From Isurus oxyrinchus (taxonomy: Eukaryota), in contig JANJGN010000026.1 in the NCBI GenBank assembly GCA_026770705.1, positions 5,890,001 through 5,954,000 of the forward strand: 64,000 nt of DNA, written 5' to 3'. A program made the position numbers and the translations under genes. Below the pieces are notes generated by a model. The model saw only the letters and a program-made list of their open reading frames with translations, made no database searches and was not told where the DNA came from. Shown piece by piece: positions 51,069-63,124 of the stretch; the first letter of the stretch is position 1, and each line of letters begins with the position of its first letter.

Positions 51069-53169
51069 ATAAAGATGATTCCTCTGTAAATGGAACAATG
51101 TGCTCTCTGCAGGCAACATTTGTCAGGGATCCGCAAGGGATTATTTAGAAGCTTATTTTAAAAATATCATATTACCACTGCTTTAAATGTTATTTATGGA
51201 TAATTATTTTAAAGTAGACCCGGCACAGTGACAGGCCCCTGTGCATTGTACCCAGTTCGGTGAGTCTGCTTTTGCCAGAGAGCTGGTGAAGCTCTTGGTA
51301 ACTTCCAACGTGTTTTCGTTTTGTTTCTTTATGAGATTTTCACATATCTTTCCATGTTACATACCTGCCTTTGAATTACTTTAATCTTTTTCAGCTTGTG
51401 ATTCCTGGCTCTAATGGCTTAATTACAGTATCACTTTTTACAGCCAACGCTTTGTTCAAATATCTTAAGTGGGAAAATGAAAGTAAGAAGGGATTGAAGC
51501 ACATCATTAAACGGAGATGAGAATCGAACTCAGGTGTAACCTAAAGCAGAGTCATTCTATCTCATTGATTTATTAACTTGTGTTTGCTTTTCTACATATA
51601 AGTTCCAAGCCCTGTATGGTAGAATCCAGACGATCATAGAAAACACACTAATTTGAATCATCAAGACTTAGTTTCACAAAGTTCAAATGAACATGTGCTT
51701 AAGAAAATAATTTGATATGGAAGTCGATCTGTAAGCTAACTAAGCTAGATATCGGGCATTGTAGCTTACATGTCGTCTCAGAGGTGAAACGCAATTGTAA
51801 CATTTAACTGCTAACCAAATCTCCACTTTAATAGCAATTTCTCGAAATGCACAAATCCAACCAAGAGGATAATTAATTTTTGTTTTAAATTTCAGCTTCT
51901 TGTTCCGTCGCCAGATCTCTCCTTTTTTAAAACATTCTTATATATTTGTAACAAAGCGTGACACGTGTTTTCTGATGTATGGCCTCTAACATAGGTGCAT
52001 TGGCTCCAAAACTAACTTCAAATATGCAAACGTAAATTTGTTGTTTGATAGTGACAGCGATACTAACCAATCAATGTAGACATTTATTTTGAGTGGAATG
52101 ATTGGGCAGCTTTTAAGATATCACTTTTATTAAGGTCAGGAGATCTATGTGTTCTAAATAACCAGCAAAGAAGTATTTGAACTTCATCATTATTTAACTG
52201 TCATTTGGCCAGTTTGGTGCAGGTCACTTCCTAGTCTTGGGCAAAAACACCCAGCACTTTAAGATTTTTTTTCGCGGTATGGCAGAATCTAACAGGGAAT
52301 GGTGATAGAAACCTGGAATATTGGCTGAACGGTACGATTCGGAACTCTGACTATGTCATGCTGTTGCCAGACTGCCCTCTGGGGCAGCTCTCATTTCCCC
52401 AGATGTGAGTGAAGAAGACTTTGCAGGATCGACAGAACTGGTTGTGTTTTTGTTGTTTCCGGTGCTTATCTCGATGTCGGGTGTTCCATCACTTTTATTT
52501 TCAAACATTTTCTCCCGCTTGCTAGGCCAGTTAAGGGGGCAGCTATCTCTCCACTACATTTCCCTGGGCGTAGCGTCACATAGAGGCCAAAGTTGGTAAA
52601 GACAACAGAATTCCTTCACGAAAGTACATGAATGAAAGCGATTGTGCTATTTCTTGTCACTGTTCTAGTTTAATGGTCTTCATTCGTGATTGCTCTTTTA
52701 TAATTTTCAGATTAATTTCGTGAACTGAATTTATGTTCATCAGATGACGTGATGGGATGTGGATTTTCACCCCGAATCACTTACCTAGCCTTCAGGTTTA
52801 GTAGTCCATGAGCATGTCCACTGTTCCAACATACACCGAGGAAACCGTCTACCAACGAGATAGAGAGACTCGGGGTCAATTGAAAATATCAAAATAGAGA
52901 TTGATAGACTTTTGTTACCAATGGTTTAAAGGTTACCAAACTAAAGTGACCAAATGCAGGCAATGTGCAGATTATCTATAATCTAATTGAAGGACAGGGA
53001 AGCTTCGAGTCCAGAATACCCTCCTCCATTTGCTACGGGTCAATATCGTCGGGATAAGATCGACAATTGCACTGGTCAATGCAGAACTGAAACCAGAAAC
53101 CAACCATAGTCAGCACTTTCTGGAAAGCAGCGAGAATGGAACAAGGGGGCGTAGAACAGAACCAAGGAG

Positions 53170-53590
53170 ATTGGAAAAAATGTTCACCTGAATGGTGTGT
53201 GACTAAATTTCAAACGTTAGTGTAACACGAAAAATAATGTGATGCACACTGGACCGAGAGTGTTCCAATGCAATAGGTGTGGGAAAAGTTTAAGATAGTT
53301 TGCACAGCATAAATAAATAAACACATCGCACCATTCGCAGTGGGGAGAGGTCTTGCAAGTTTTCGGTGACTGGACGAAGTTTCAACTAATCATCCAAGCA
53401 CAAAGATGCGGTATACTGCGAAACATTGCAAATGAGGACACTGTAGGAAGGGACTCGCTTCCTCAGCCCGACTGCAAATTTATCGAGATATTCCCACTGA
53501 GAAGAAGTCATTCATGTGCCGCATAGACGAGGGAGGATGTTAACAGTTGCCTGATCTTCTCGCCGTCCGGTATGTTCAAGTGGTAGAATT
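53170..53590 (+). pseudogene. degenerate C2H2 zinc-finger array
   Basis: Fragments HTGPRVFQCNRCGKSL, THRTIRSGERSCKFSVTGRSFN*SS and GHCRKGLASSARLQIYRDIPTEKKSFMC resemble the HTGEKPFxCxxCGKxF linker and finger. Stops and frameshifts are present. Confidence 0.7.
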
Positions 53591-54760
53591 GGAAAACCCT
53601 TTCAAATGATATGTTGTTGGGGAGCGAAACAGTTGTGCATTTCAATTGCTGACAGATGGGTGAATTTGCATGTAGCAGCAGAGTTTCAATTCTGTTCTTA
53701 TTCATGATGTTAATCAGACCCGGGGTTATTTAATAATCTGGACAAAGATCAAATAAAGCGAAGGCTAATGGATCAGTTTCCACCTCGACATTGAAAGATC
53801 TTTCGAGGGATAACAAATAATTACTTGCTTATTCATGATCTTCCGCAGGCAACAGTGACAGATATTGAGACCTTTGCCGCATTTTGCAGTTGGGGAGCAA
53901 GAGAACTACATTACCCCAAGCGCATGTGCAGTTCTCACCCGAGATTGGGATAATGATTTGTTGCTATGAGTAGCCCATAATTTCTCTGGCGTGTCATCTT
54001 CTGGCTGTCAGGATGGCAAAAAAATGTGTTTGTGCATATTCTGTGGCGAGGGGCAGGGCCGTAAAATGTGACGAGCGATTCACTGGCTTTGGCGGAACCA
54101 AAAAGATCTCGCCGCCGAAAGGGGCTGTAAAATTCGGACTTTGCCATTAAATTTGATGAGTTATTTTTAATGATTCTGTTGTTTATGATTGATGCCCCTT
54201 GAAAATGAGACACTGTGGTTAGATTCGATTTATACTGTTTGATAACACAGGAGATGTCATCATAATTGGCCGAGTGAAAGTGTAGAAGGCGAATTAGGTG
54301 TCCATTTTTTCTTGCCCCTTATTCCTATCTTCAATGACAAGAGAGTGCGAGTGTGAAGCGGTGACTAGTGAGTTGAGAACAATGCATGAGTATTTGTTCC
54401 CATTTCAGAAAGCCTTTTACCTCCAAGATGTAAACAACACTAAGCAATAACATTGAGGTTCCTACCTAAAATTGTTAAATTTTGGTATCCAATATCAGTT
54501 CGAAGTCGGACTCTCTGTCTCCCACATGAATTTCCAAGGCCCTGGAGGCTGGCAGGGATGTTCGAGGCCCCTGCCAGCACGAGGAAGACAACTAAAAACT
54601 AAGCAGGAGCAGGCAACTTTCTTTATACATTGTTAAATTCACTCAGAGCAAAAGGGCCTCGAAGAAAATGACGGTGCTTCCGGGAGAGAAAACTTTGTGT
54701 GAGATGAACAAAAGCAGCAACGGATGGCACACAATGTATGACTCATGTTGGATTTTATTG

Positions 54761-55674
54761 TTAGCATCTTTTAAATAATTTAACAATCAGATTCAGTGGG
54801 TATTTCACGCCATTCTTTAACTCGTCTCTGAATTTACTCTGGGTCCCTGCATAAATAAAGGGATTGACGCAGGAACTCAGAAGCTGAAGCATTCGTGCGC
54901 TTTCCTCCAGAAGAAAATTTGATGCATTGAAATTGGAAGCGTCTAAGTAGCTAAGATTCGCAATTCGGACATAGAGGAAGTTTATAAGTCTTAACAAATA
55001 TAACAGGATGAAACTGCCCGAGATACAGAAGAGCAAAACGATGGATTTCCTTCTCTTCAGCATCTCTGGGTCACTTTGATTCTCTCCACTGCTCTGGATC
55101 CGGAGTCTCTTGCGGGCTCGACTGGCCGTTACAATGTGTCTGATGGTCAGAGCATTGAGCAGCAAAATAAGGATGAATGAGAGGCAAAGGGTGAAAACGG
55201 CGATTATGCTTTCATAAGCCACCCATGCAGGTGACGGATGGAATATTGATTTTGAGTTGCATTGCCAGGGTATATTGTCAATGATAATAGCAGGCTCACA
55301 AATAAAATACAAGGGGATGCTTTTAACACAGTTCAGTACACAGACAGTTCCTATCACTGCAGCCGCCATTTTTTCAGTGCAATATTTAATTTTCAACTTC
55401 TGGCAGCAAATGGCTACAAATCGGTCAAAGGTGAAAGTGACTGTTAACCACACAGAAGAATCGATGACACCATAGTTTAGCACCAGTCTGAAGCTGAAGA
55501 CCGGAGTGATGGATAGGAGACTGAACGGGAAATAAATACCTACAATCCGGTTCAATATCACAACTGTGATCCCGACAAGCAGATCCGTCACGGCCATGGA
55601 CATCAGGTAGTAAGTGATACATTTGGAGAGACCGCATCTTCCTCGAGTCAGAATCACAATCACTGCCAGATTAG
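54761..55674 (-). CDS. GPR139/GPR142-like class A GPCR, exon 2 (intact gene, 327 aa with exon 1)
   Basis: Uninterrupted ORF (track 54761..55708) with NLAVIVIL, MAVTDLL, FTFDRFVAIC, KRRKSIVLLF and SSCVNPFIYAGTQSKFR. Acceptor gctgtcacag|CT AAT is phase 1. AATAAA follows the stop directly. Confidence 0.9.
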
Positions 55675-56209
55675 CTGTGACAGCAAAACGCAGCCAGCGA
55701 ATAGCCAATGTTGAGAAAGAAATTTAGAACATAAAATGTTGGAAATTCTCAGTCAGGTAGCAGTTGAAATGAGAGGAACGAGTTTGCATGTTAGAGAGAT
55801 GATCTGGAGGAAAATATTCTAAAACACAGCAATCTTTTCTGTACTGTCAGCAACACTAAGGGCTAACCCAAAGGTGAACATTAAACGCCCTGCATTGTGA
55901 CTCTGAAATACAATCAATGTTGTTCTCATTCAATGATTAGAGACGAGAAAATATAAGAATACTCTGACGTATTGGAAAATCGAAGGTTAATTGGTACGTA
56001 TAGAGCTTGAAATTGGGGAGAAAGCTATCAGATGACATTTAATGTAGAGAAATAAAAAGCACTTCAAATGAGGACAAACGTTCAACAAAAACAAAGCTAC
56101 TACTTAACTGAAAAGAAGATGAAGGAGATCTGGTGCATCTGAGCTGTAACAATTCGAAGTTAAAGGAACAAGGCTTCACAGCTACTTGTAAAGCTGATCA
56201 TGCTCACTC

Positions 56210-56310
56210 TGGTTCAGGTGTGGCTCAGTTTGCAGCAATCTCATTTTTGAGTCAAAAGGTTTAGAGTTCAAGCCCAACTGTTGGACTTCAGCAAAGTTGC
56301 ACTACCGATG
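56210..56310 (+). mobile_element. tRNA-derived SINE head
   Basis: A-box-like gtggctcagtttgcagc and B-box-like gagttcaagccc. Too degenerate to be a tRNA. Confidence 0.55.
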
Positions 56311-56986
56311 TGCTAAAACAAAATACTGAATATTGGTCCAATAACTCGGGAATATAAAAACTAACTTAAGAGATAGCTGTTAATCACATGCCAGCGCAAG
56401 GAGCAATATATGCACATGGCAAATTGAGGTAATTCAACAGCTGTGTCAATAACACAATAGAGCAACATTTACAACGTGATAAATCATCCATGGTGACAGT
56501 GCCAATAATACAATTGATCTACATTGAGCTGTGATACTAGTGCGCTAAATATTTCACCCACATTAATAATATCGATAACAACATATAATTACATTTAGAC
56601 TGAGAGGCGGCACTGCTAAGTGGGAGAAAATTCACAGTTAAAGAGATGAAATGGCATTGGTGAAGCAAATATAGTAAACCTTGAAATGGAAGTAAGTCTA
56701 GTGGCAATGGGAAGAAACTGTTCTCGTGAAGGGGAGAAATGATACCCTTAAAGTGGAGAAAATAGACCAGTAATAACCAGTAACATTGCGAGGAAAGGCA
56801 AGGTTTAATATCATTTAAAAGAAGATGCACTAAACGTGGAGATAAGGATACTGCAAAAAAGGGAAAGCTTTATAAAAAACAAATCCTGTTAATGGGGTGA
56901 ACCATAGAGAAGCAGTACAGCTAAATTAAAGAAGTGATAGAGTGAAAAATGATTCTCGTAACTGGTAACTAACCCTAATACTTTAC

Positions 56987-57056
56987 CTGGAACACCGATA
57001 GCTGCAAGAACGGGATAGTAAATCGCAAACACCAGCCCTTCTGGTATGCCATACAT
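56987..57056 (-). CDS. GPR139/GPR142-like GPCR, exon 1
   Basis: ATG...MYGIPEGLVFAIYYPVLAAIGVP G|gtaaag. The 70-nt exon plus the 914-nt exon 2 gives 984 nt in frame. The P|AN intron position in TM1 matches my recollection of vertebrate GPR139. Confidence 0.88.
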
Positions 57057-57106
57057 TTCTCTCATCAGCTCCGAGTGCGCTCTGTGCTACATCGAAAGAC
57101 TGTTAC

Positions 57107-57171
57107 ATTTATACATGATGTCGGCCTCTAGGGAGACAACGAGAAGGTTTGGCCTTTTACCATTAATTACA
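57107..57171 (-). promoter_or_regulatory. proximal promoter module of the intact GPCR: homeodomain site + O/E(EBF)-like site + TATA
   Basis: On the minus strand: TGTAATTAATG (57161-57171), CTCCCTAGAG (57126-57135), TATAAAT (57107-57113). Conserved with the paralogous promoter at 38194-38257. Confidence 0.65.
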
Positions 57172-57529
57172 CTAACTGAAAAAAACATTTTAGTGCACCT
57201 GCTGTCCCGCTCGCGTTCATGTTTTTGATGGAATGGAATCTGTTTTCAAGGACACTGGCGCGTCTCCAAATTAAAATACTCAGACAGGAGAGTACGGTCC
57301 AAGTTTCGTTTTTTCCTAATAAATAACTAACAAGCCAAATAAGCAATTCTAATTGAGGTACTAAGCACTGTGGACGAGCATCCAGGGCTTTAAACTCTCC
57401 AGGAAAACATTACAAATTTCTCACTCTTGATCATTTTTCAGCCCGTATGAACATGGAGCACCTGTAATGTGGCTCCCCTTCATTTCTTGAATGAGGAACC
57501 AATAAGTCGCCATCCATCATAAGCCTCTC

Positions 57530-59120
57530 TGCCTGGTTGGACGTCAACTCACGACGAAAAGTGTCTCAATTAACTCCGCCAATGAAACGCCAATACTATG
57601 GGTATTGGCATGTGTCCAATTTCTGTTCGGATTTTAGGTGGATTTGAAGCAGAATCATTGTTCTAGTCCCACTCAGGCACCTCCATCGCACTTCTTCCTG
57701 GTATATTCTTGAGGAGATCAGTGTTGATCTCGTTCAACCCCTGAACTGGAAATGAATTAATGTTTGCTTCGGAATGTAACCCTCCCCATGCTCTTACCTG
57801 CTCCATGTTTGACCTTTATATTTCATTCTTGGCTTTGATGTGGACATATCGGAGAATTGGTGATGGCCCAATATTCAAGAGAAGCTCACCAACACCCAGC
57901 TATCTTGAACAAATATCCGCGCACATCGCTTACTGGAACGGCTCTTTTCCGTTCTCTCGCCATCTCAGTTTCTGCTGAATATGTTCAATTATCCCTTCTA
58001 GCTTTCTCTAATATAGCTTCCAATTATTTCAGCCGAGTATTTCCATGTCACCGTGGTTGAGAGAACCCAGCGCCATGCGTGCAACATGTCTCACACTTCT
58101 GCTTTCACCCATTCTCCCCCTCCAGGATCCACAATATGTTTCTTCTTGCCCTCGCCTACCATTCCACACACCTCTAGTATCAATGGGTCCTCGGCTGCAT
58201 TTTCAAGCACATCCGGCATGTTCTCACCGCCCTATATGTCCCACTCGCCTCTACTCTTTTAACATTGAGAATGGGCCATTTGCTCTACTCCGCACTGGTC
58301 TCCTCCTCAATCAATCCAACCCTTCCTTTCCTGATGAACCTTCCCATGCACGCAATGAACATGCAACCCCAGTCGGTGTCTCTTCGCCCTCCTCTCTGGC
58401 CAACGTCTCAAACACTCCTTCCAAATGGAAAATTCATTTTTTGTACTTTTATCCATTGAGCATACCCGGTTAGCTGCTCAATATGCAGCCTGCTCGACAT
58501 TCTGGAGGCTAAATGTAGATTGGTGATCATTTTTCAGAAACATCCATGCCGTCAACAAGTGTGATCTTCTGGTCACTTGTCACTCTAATTATCTGTTCCG
58601 CTCTCACTTTGACATGTCTTGGATTGAACCCTCCTATTGCTCCAAGGAAATGGAACCTGTGCTCCAGGAATAAAATCTCATATTTCCTTAAGCCACTTTC
58701 TAGGCTTTGGGATATACCATAAATTTCAGCAATCGTGGTCACACCCACTGCATTTTTCTTCCTTCTTTGCTCTTTTGCTGTTGCGTTGGGAAAGCATTTG
58801 TTGCTTTTGATTCTATTATATCCAGTTTGCCCTCTGTTTGGCATTCGTCTACTGCTTTTCCTTTTTCCACTCTAACTTCCGCTATCACTGTTTTTGCCAT
58901 TTGATTTCTCCTGTTTTCCCCTTTACCTGAAGCATCTTCTTTTGACCCTTTCCCAACAGACTCGTTTTTTGCCTCTGTACTTGCATGAAGACTCTTCCGT
59001 CTGTAACGTTTGCCAGTTCGGAGAGAAGGTCACGGCCCTGAAACGGTTTCTGTGTCTCTCTATGCGTACATGCTGCTGGATATCTTGAGTATTTCCATCG
59101 TTTCCTGCTTAATTCCATTC
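57530..59120 (+). mobile_element. decayed Penelope-like element (RT plus GIY-YIG remnants)
   Basis: MGIGMCP.. (AMGTRMGPSYA-like) at about 57598; the GIY-YIG region about 58400-58720 parallels 32040-32283; the 3' end resembles the palindromic elements. Confidence 0.7.
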
Positions 59121-60119
59121 AGCATATTTACATTCTGTGTAGAAATGTGCAGCTCAGCACAGTTATATTCGCAGTGCGCACAATTAGTTCTGCATGGTTA
59201 CTTCCATTGTGGCCTAGTTCAACTCAATTTGTGCAGCCAGGTCAATCCCGGCAATAATGAATGTGCACAGGTAGGTGATTTGCATTTTGCGAGGCAAGAT
59301 CCAGTTCAGTATGTGTGTGCTTGGTGCTTGCTTATTGCAGGCCAACCTCAGTGCACTCACATTCAGAGAAGACAGTCTCCTGTTGAGCACGATTTAATTA
59401 ATGGTGGAACACTCCAGATCGACATGGTTATATGCTGTGTAAAAAGTTCCGTTCAGCCTGCTTAGTGGAAAACCAGTTTAGGGGTAAATCACGCTATTGT
59501 GACCGTCCAGTTCAGTAAATTGCATTCAGGTTAACTTATGCACAGCTGCACTCAGTACGAACAGTACAATTTCTATCCTGTTACACTGAATGTACATAGA
59601 CGACTTCTTGCCCGCTTATTGTCAACTTTGTCCGCTGTAACGTACTATGTGCACTGCCCCGGTTGTGAACACTTTCTTTCTTGCTGCGAAAAATTTCATT
59701 TCTGCGTGATTACATTCCATGTAGAATACTCATGTTTATTACTGCTGCATTCGACGGAGACAGGGTCGGCTGATCAAGCTTATGTTTCGTGTAGACTTAT
59801 CGAAGTTTGCTCGGTGCTAATAAATGTGTATATGGACAATTGCATTCAGACTGGACTAGTTTACATCTGCATTCTTACTTTTAAAGTGAGCTTGCGTAGT
59901 TCACTGTGGTGGACAGTCCCAATTGATCACTGTTACTGCCAGCGTGAACCTTTTAATGTCCCAGCGGATATGTTTCGTATGCAGATGGCTTGATCAATGC
60001 ACTTGCATTCAATTTGCGCAATTACGGTTCTGCAGCATGATTTTCAGTGTAGACTGATCTCGGCCAGAGAGATTTTATTTATTGTGATTTTCCACGACAA
60101 AACCCAAGTCTATTGTTAA

Positions 60120-60395
60120 TGATAAGGGAAGGCTCATATGCAAAGTACCAGTGGATGAGGAGGGTCCGGAGACTTTGGAATTCTCTTCCCCAGAAAAAAA
60201 GAGGCAGCAAGGTCACTGAATGTATTCAAGGCATAGTTAGAGAAATGATTGATCGAGAAGAGATCCAATGGTTATTCAGTCTCGCAGGAAAATGGAGTTA
60301 AGGCCAGGATCACATCACTCATGAACGTATTGAATGGTGGAGCAGGATTGTTAGGCTGAAAAGGTTACAGTGGCTCTCATTTTTCGTGATCTTAA
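60120..60395 (+). mobile_element. CR1 3' end
   Basis: RVRRLWNSLPQK followed by a CR1 3' UTR. Confidence 0.75.
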
Positions 60396-60400
60396 TGACT

Positions 60401-61291
60401 TCAAATAAATATCCAGCAATTGTCACCGTTTATGCCATTTGGTAATAGATTGAAAGGGTATTTAAATGCATTTTTCAACCCGTTTTGAATTTAATCTGGG
60501 TCCCTGCATACATAGGCGTATTGGTGCAGGAACTAAGGAGTTAGAACATCTATCGGCTTTCCTGCAGAATTAATTTTGGGTCATTGGAGATAGAATTGAT
60601 AGAACAGCTATTTCCTGTAATTTCTGCAAACAGGAAACTTACAATATGCGTCAACGCCAGCAGGAAGAAACTGCCTGAGATGGAGAAGACTGCAACAATA
60701 GACCCATCTGTGGGTCACTCTGATTCTCTCCATTTCTGTGGGATAAGAGTCTGCTGCAGGATCTACTTTAGTGTAGAATATTTCTGAATGTCTCAGTATC
60801 AAGCAGCAAAACCAGGAGGTTCGAGAGACATGGGGTTAGAATACGGTCCAGCAGGTCAAACATTCTCCATGGAAATGAAATATAAAATGCGTTCCCTATG
60901 ATAGTGCACCAGGTTTGCATATGAAATAAAAATGGGTGTTTATGAAAGAGAACAGCACATAGATCATTCCTAAATTTACAGCTGCTGTTTTCTAATTGCA
61001 GTATTTCATTTTCAGCTCCTGGAGAAAAATGGCTAGGAAGCGGTAAAAGGTGAAAGTGAAAGTTGACCAGAGAGTACAACCTCTGGAACCAAAGTTTGAA
61101 GCAACAAAGTTGACACGCAAGAATGGTAGATGGAAAACTGACTGGAAAATAAAAAGCCTGAAATGGGCTTAATATCACGGTAATGCTAATGACAAGTAAA
61201 TCTGTCACCACCACGGATACCAGATACGGCGTGATACATTGGGAGAGACCACATGTTCCTCGGGAAAAGATCACAATCATTAGAAAGTTAG
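60401..61291 (-). pseudogene. GPR139/GPR142-like GPCR pseudogene, exon 2
   Basis: NFLMIVIFSRGTCGLSQCITPYLVSVVVTDLL (ORF 60768..61280), then frameshifts. The C-terminal SSCTNTPMYAGTQ is recognisable at about 60495-60535. No exon 1 found. Confidence 0.85.
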
Positions 61292-62959
61292 CTGGAAGGC
61301 AGAGAGAAAGAGAGGAGAGAATTAGTGCCGAAACTCTCAGCTACACCAGCAGTTTTGTCGGAGAATGGTATGGAATTTGGATCATGAATACTTGATTCAA
61401 CGCTGGAACTCATTAATTTACCAATGTAATACTACTGTTTTTTATTAATATTGTCCTAATTAAATTGAAAGTTGGAACATGAAATAACACAAAACACTTA
61501 TTTTCTGATTCTTGTAAAATTTTATGCAATCGAGAAGTAGAAGGAATTGAACAAGACCAACGCATTAAGTTGACAAAAGTACAAATAATAAATCAGTACA
61601 TTTGCTCGTTTAAAATGTGGTAAAAAATAACGTATGAAATCTTAAACCGTTATAATAGTTAAAGCAATATAATGTCAGGAAATAAGATATGGATAAAACT
61701 CATTCCTAAGAAATACCTGAAGGACAATGGAAAATGAAGTTGAGTTAACTCCATTGATTCAATTCGGGTTTTGTTCCTGTGGAAAAATAAGTTAAAGAGC
61801 TTCAGCAGTTTTTTGCAGCTCAATGATTGCTGTAGTGGAAGCTTAAGTCTGGCAGCAGTTGTGAAGATTATCAGTTGAAGAAGCAGAAAGACCTCGGTTT
61901 GGAGTCTCATCAAAAGAGCGACAGAGCAGATAGTGCTGTCCTTCCTCAGGAGTATGCAACTAGGTTAGGGACTCGAGATCGGGATTAGCGCTCAAACCCA
62001 GGGCTTGAACACTGAGAATTCAAAATTTAGTTCCCTGAAAGAAGGTGGCTATGAGTGTAATAAATGTCGGCTCAAAGTGTATCACACAGCCTTGTTAACA
62101 AATAGCATCTTAGGAGAATTGTATGGAGCAGTTAACAGTAGCATCAGAGTTAAAAATGGTCTTCATAACAGTTCATTGATTGCAATTATTTGTTAAATTT
62201 ACGAATAAACAAGTGGAGGATAAACGAAAATATCAGTAACACATTTGACTATCATTTATAATTTTGTGCCAATTAGAAAATATGGTGATCTGTAATAGTT
62301 ATGCTCAAACTGCCACAAAAAATCCCGTCCACAAATTGTATTCCTTCTCCCACAGTTAGCTCATTCAGTTATCCAACAACAACCCTTCCCAATGTTCTGT
62401 TCTTCTCTAAACTATTTGCTGTGCCATTTGAATTATTGCTGGTAGCAATTTGGATATGAGACTTCCTGTTGCTTCATTTTGATCCTTCTAAATGCGGTGA
62501 AAAGCTGAAGCCCAAATACAAATCCTGCCAATAAGCTGTCACCTCCTGTCAATTGAACTATATTCAGATTATCCATCAACAAATCAGATGAGCTTTGTAC
62601 ATACCACAGCCATCGCGAGTTAAATTTAGGTCGATATCAAAAACATCTAGGCATATAAAACCTGTTTAACTAAGAAATTCATGTTTTAATGACATTATTG
62701 AAGTAACAATTAAGCTACATTGTGCATCACGTGTATGATTGCCAAAACGTCCATGAACACAAGACACAAAATTCGCGGGAACACATAAAGCAATCTTGAA
62801 TGCTCGGCTGTTAGAGGGCAGCCAAACACCCGTAGAAGTCAGATAGTAAACATCTGAATCTCAAGGCTTCACAGTTAAACAAAGATTGATAAGACCTAAT
62901 TCAGGAAAAATATGTAGAATACAATGAATTCAGATTCAGAATGATTCCGTTTCGCATTT

Positions 62960-63124
62960 TGAATGGTTCAGATAACTGACTGGAAACTTAGCAACCGTAA
63001 ACTGGCTTAATACCAGTGTAATGATAATAACAAGGAGATCCATCACCGCCATGGATGCCAGATACTGTGTATCTCGAGAGACCACATCTTCCTCGGGATA
63101 GGATCACGATAGTCAGAAAGTTAG
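62960..63124 (-). pseudogene. GPR139/GPR142-like GPCR exon 2, 5' fragment
   Basis: NFLTIVILSRGRCGLSR/TQYLASMAVMDLLVIIITLVLSQF...FPVSY, then homology is lost. Its upstream intron duplicates 61292-62100. Confidence 0.8.

Noticed and set aside
55675-55708. ORF-track start MAIRWLRFAVT of the 315-aa GPCR
   Set aside because: It is intronic read-through from a non-ATG start. The true N-terminus is exon 1 at 57056-56987.
56210-56310. tRNA gene
   Set aside because: The cloverleaf is incomplete and runs into SINE sequence.
62400-62880. Minus-strand frames (HGRFGNHTRDAQC...; MDNLNIVQLTGGDSLL) vaguely like a transposon- or virus-borne cysteine protease
   Set aside because: The similarity is only impressionistic and broken by stops; it would need an HMM hit.
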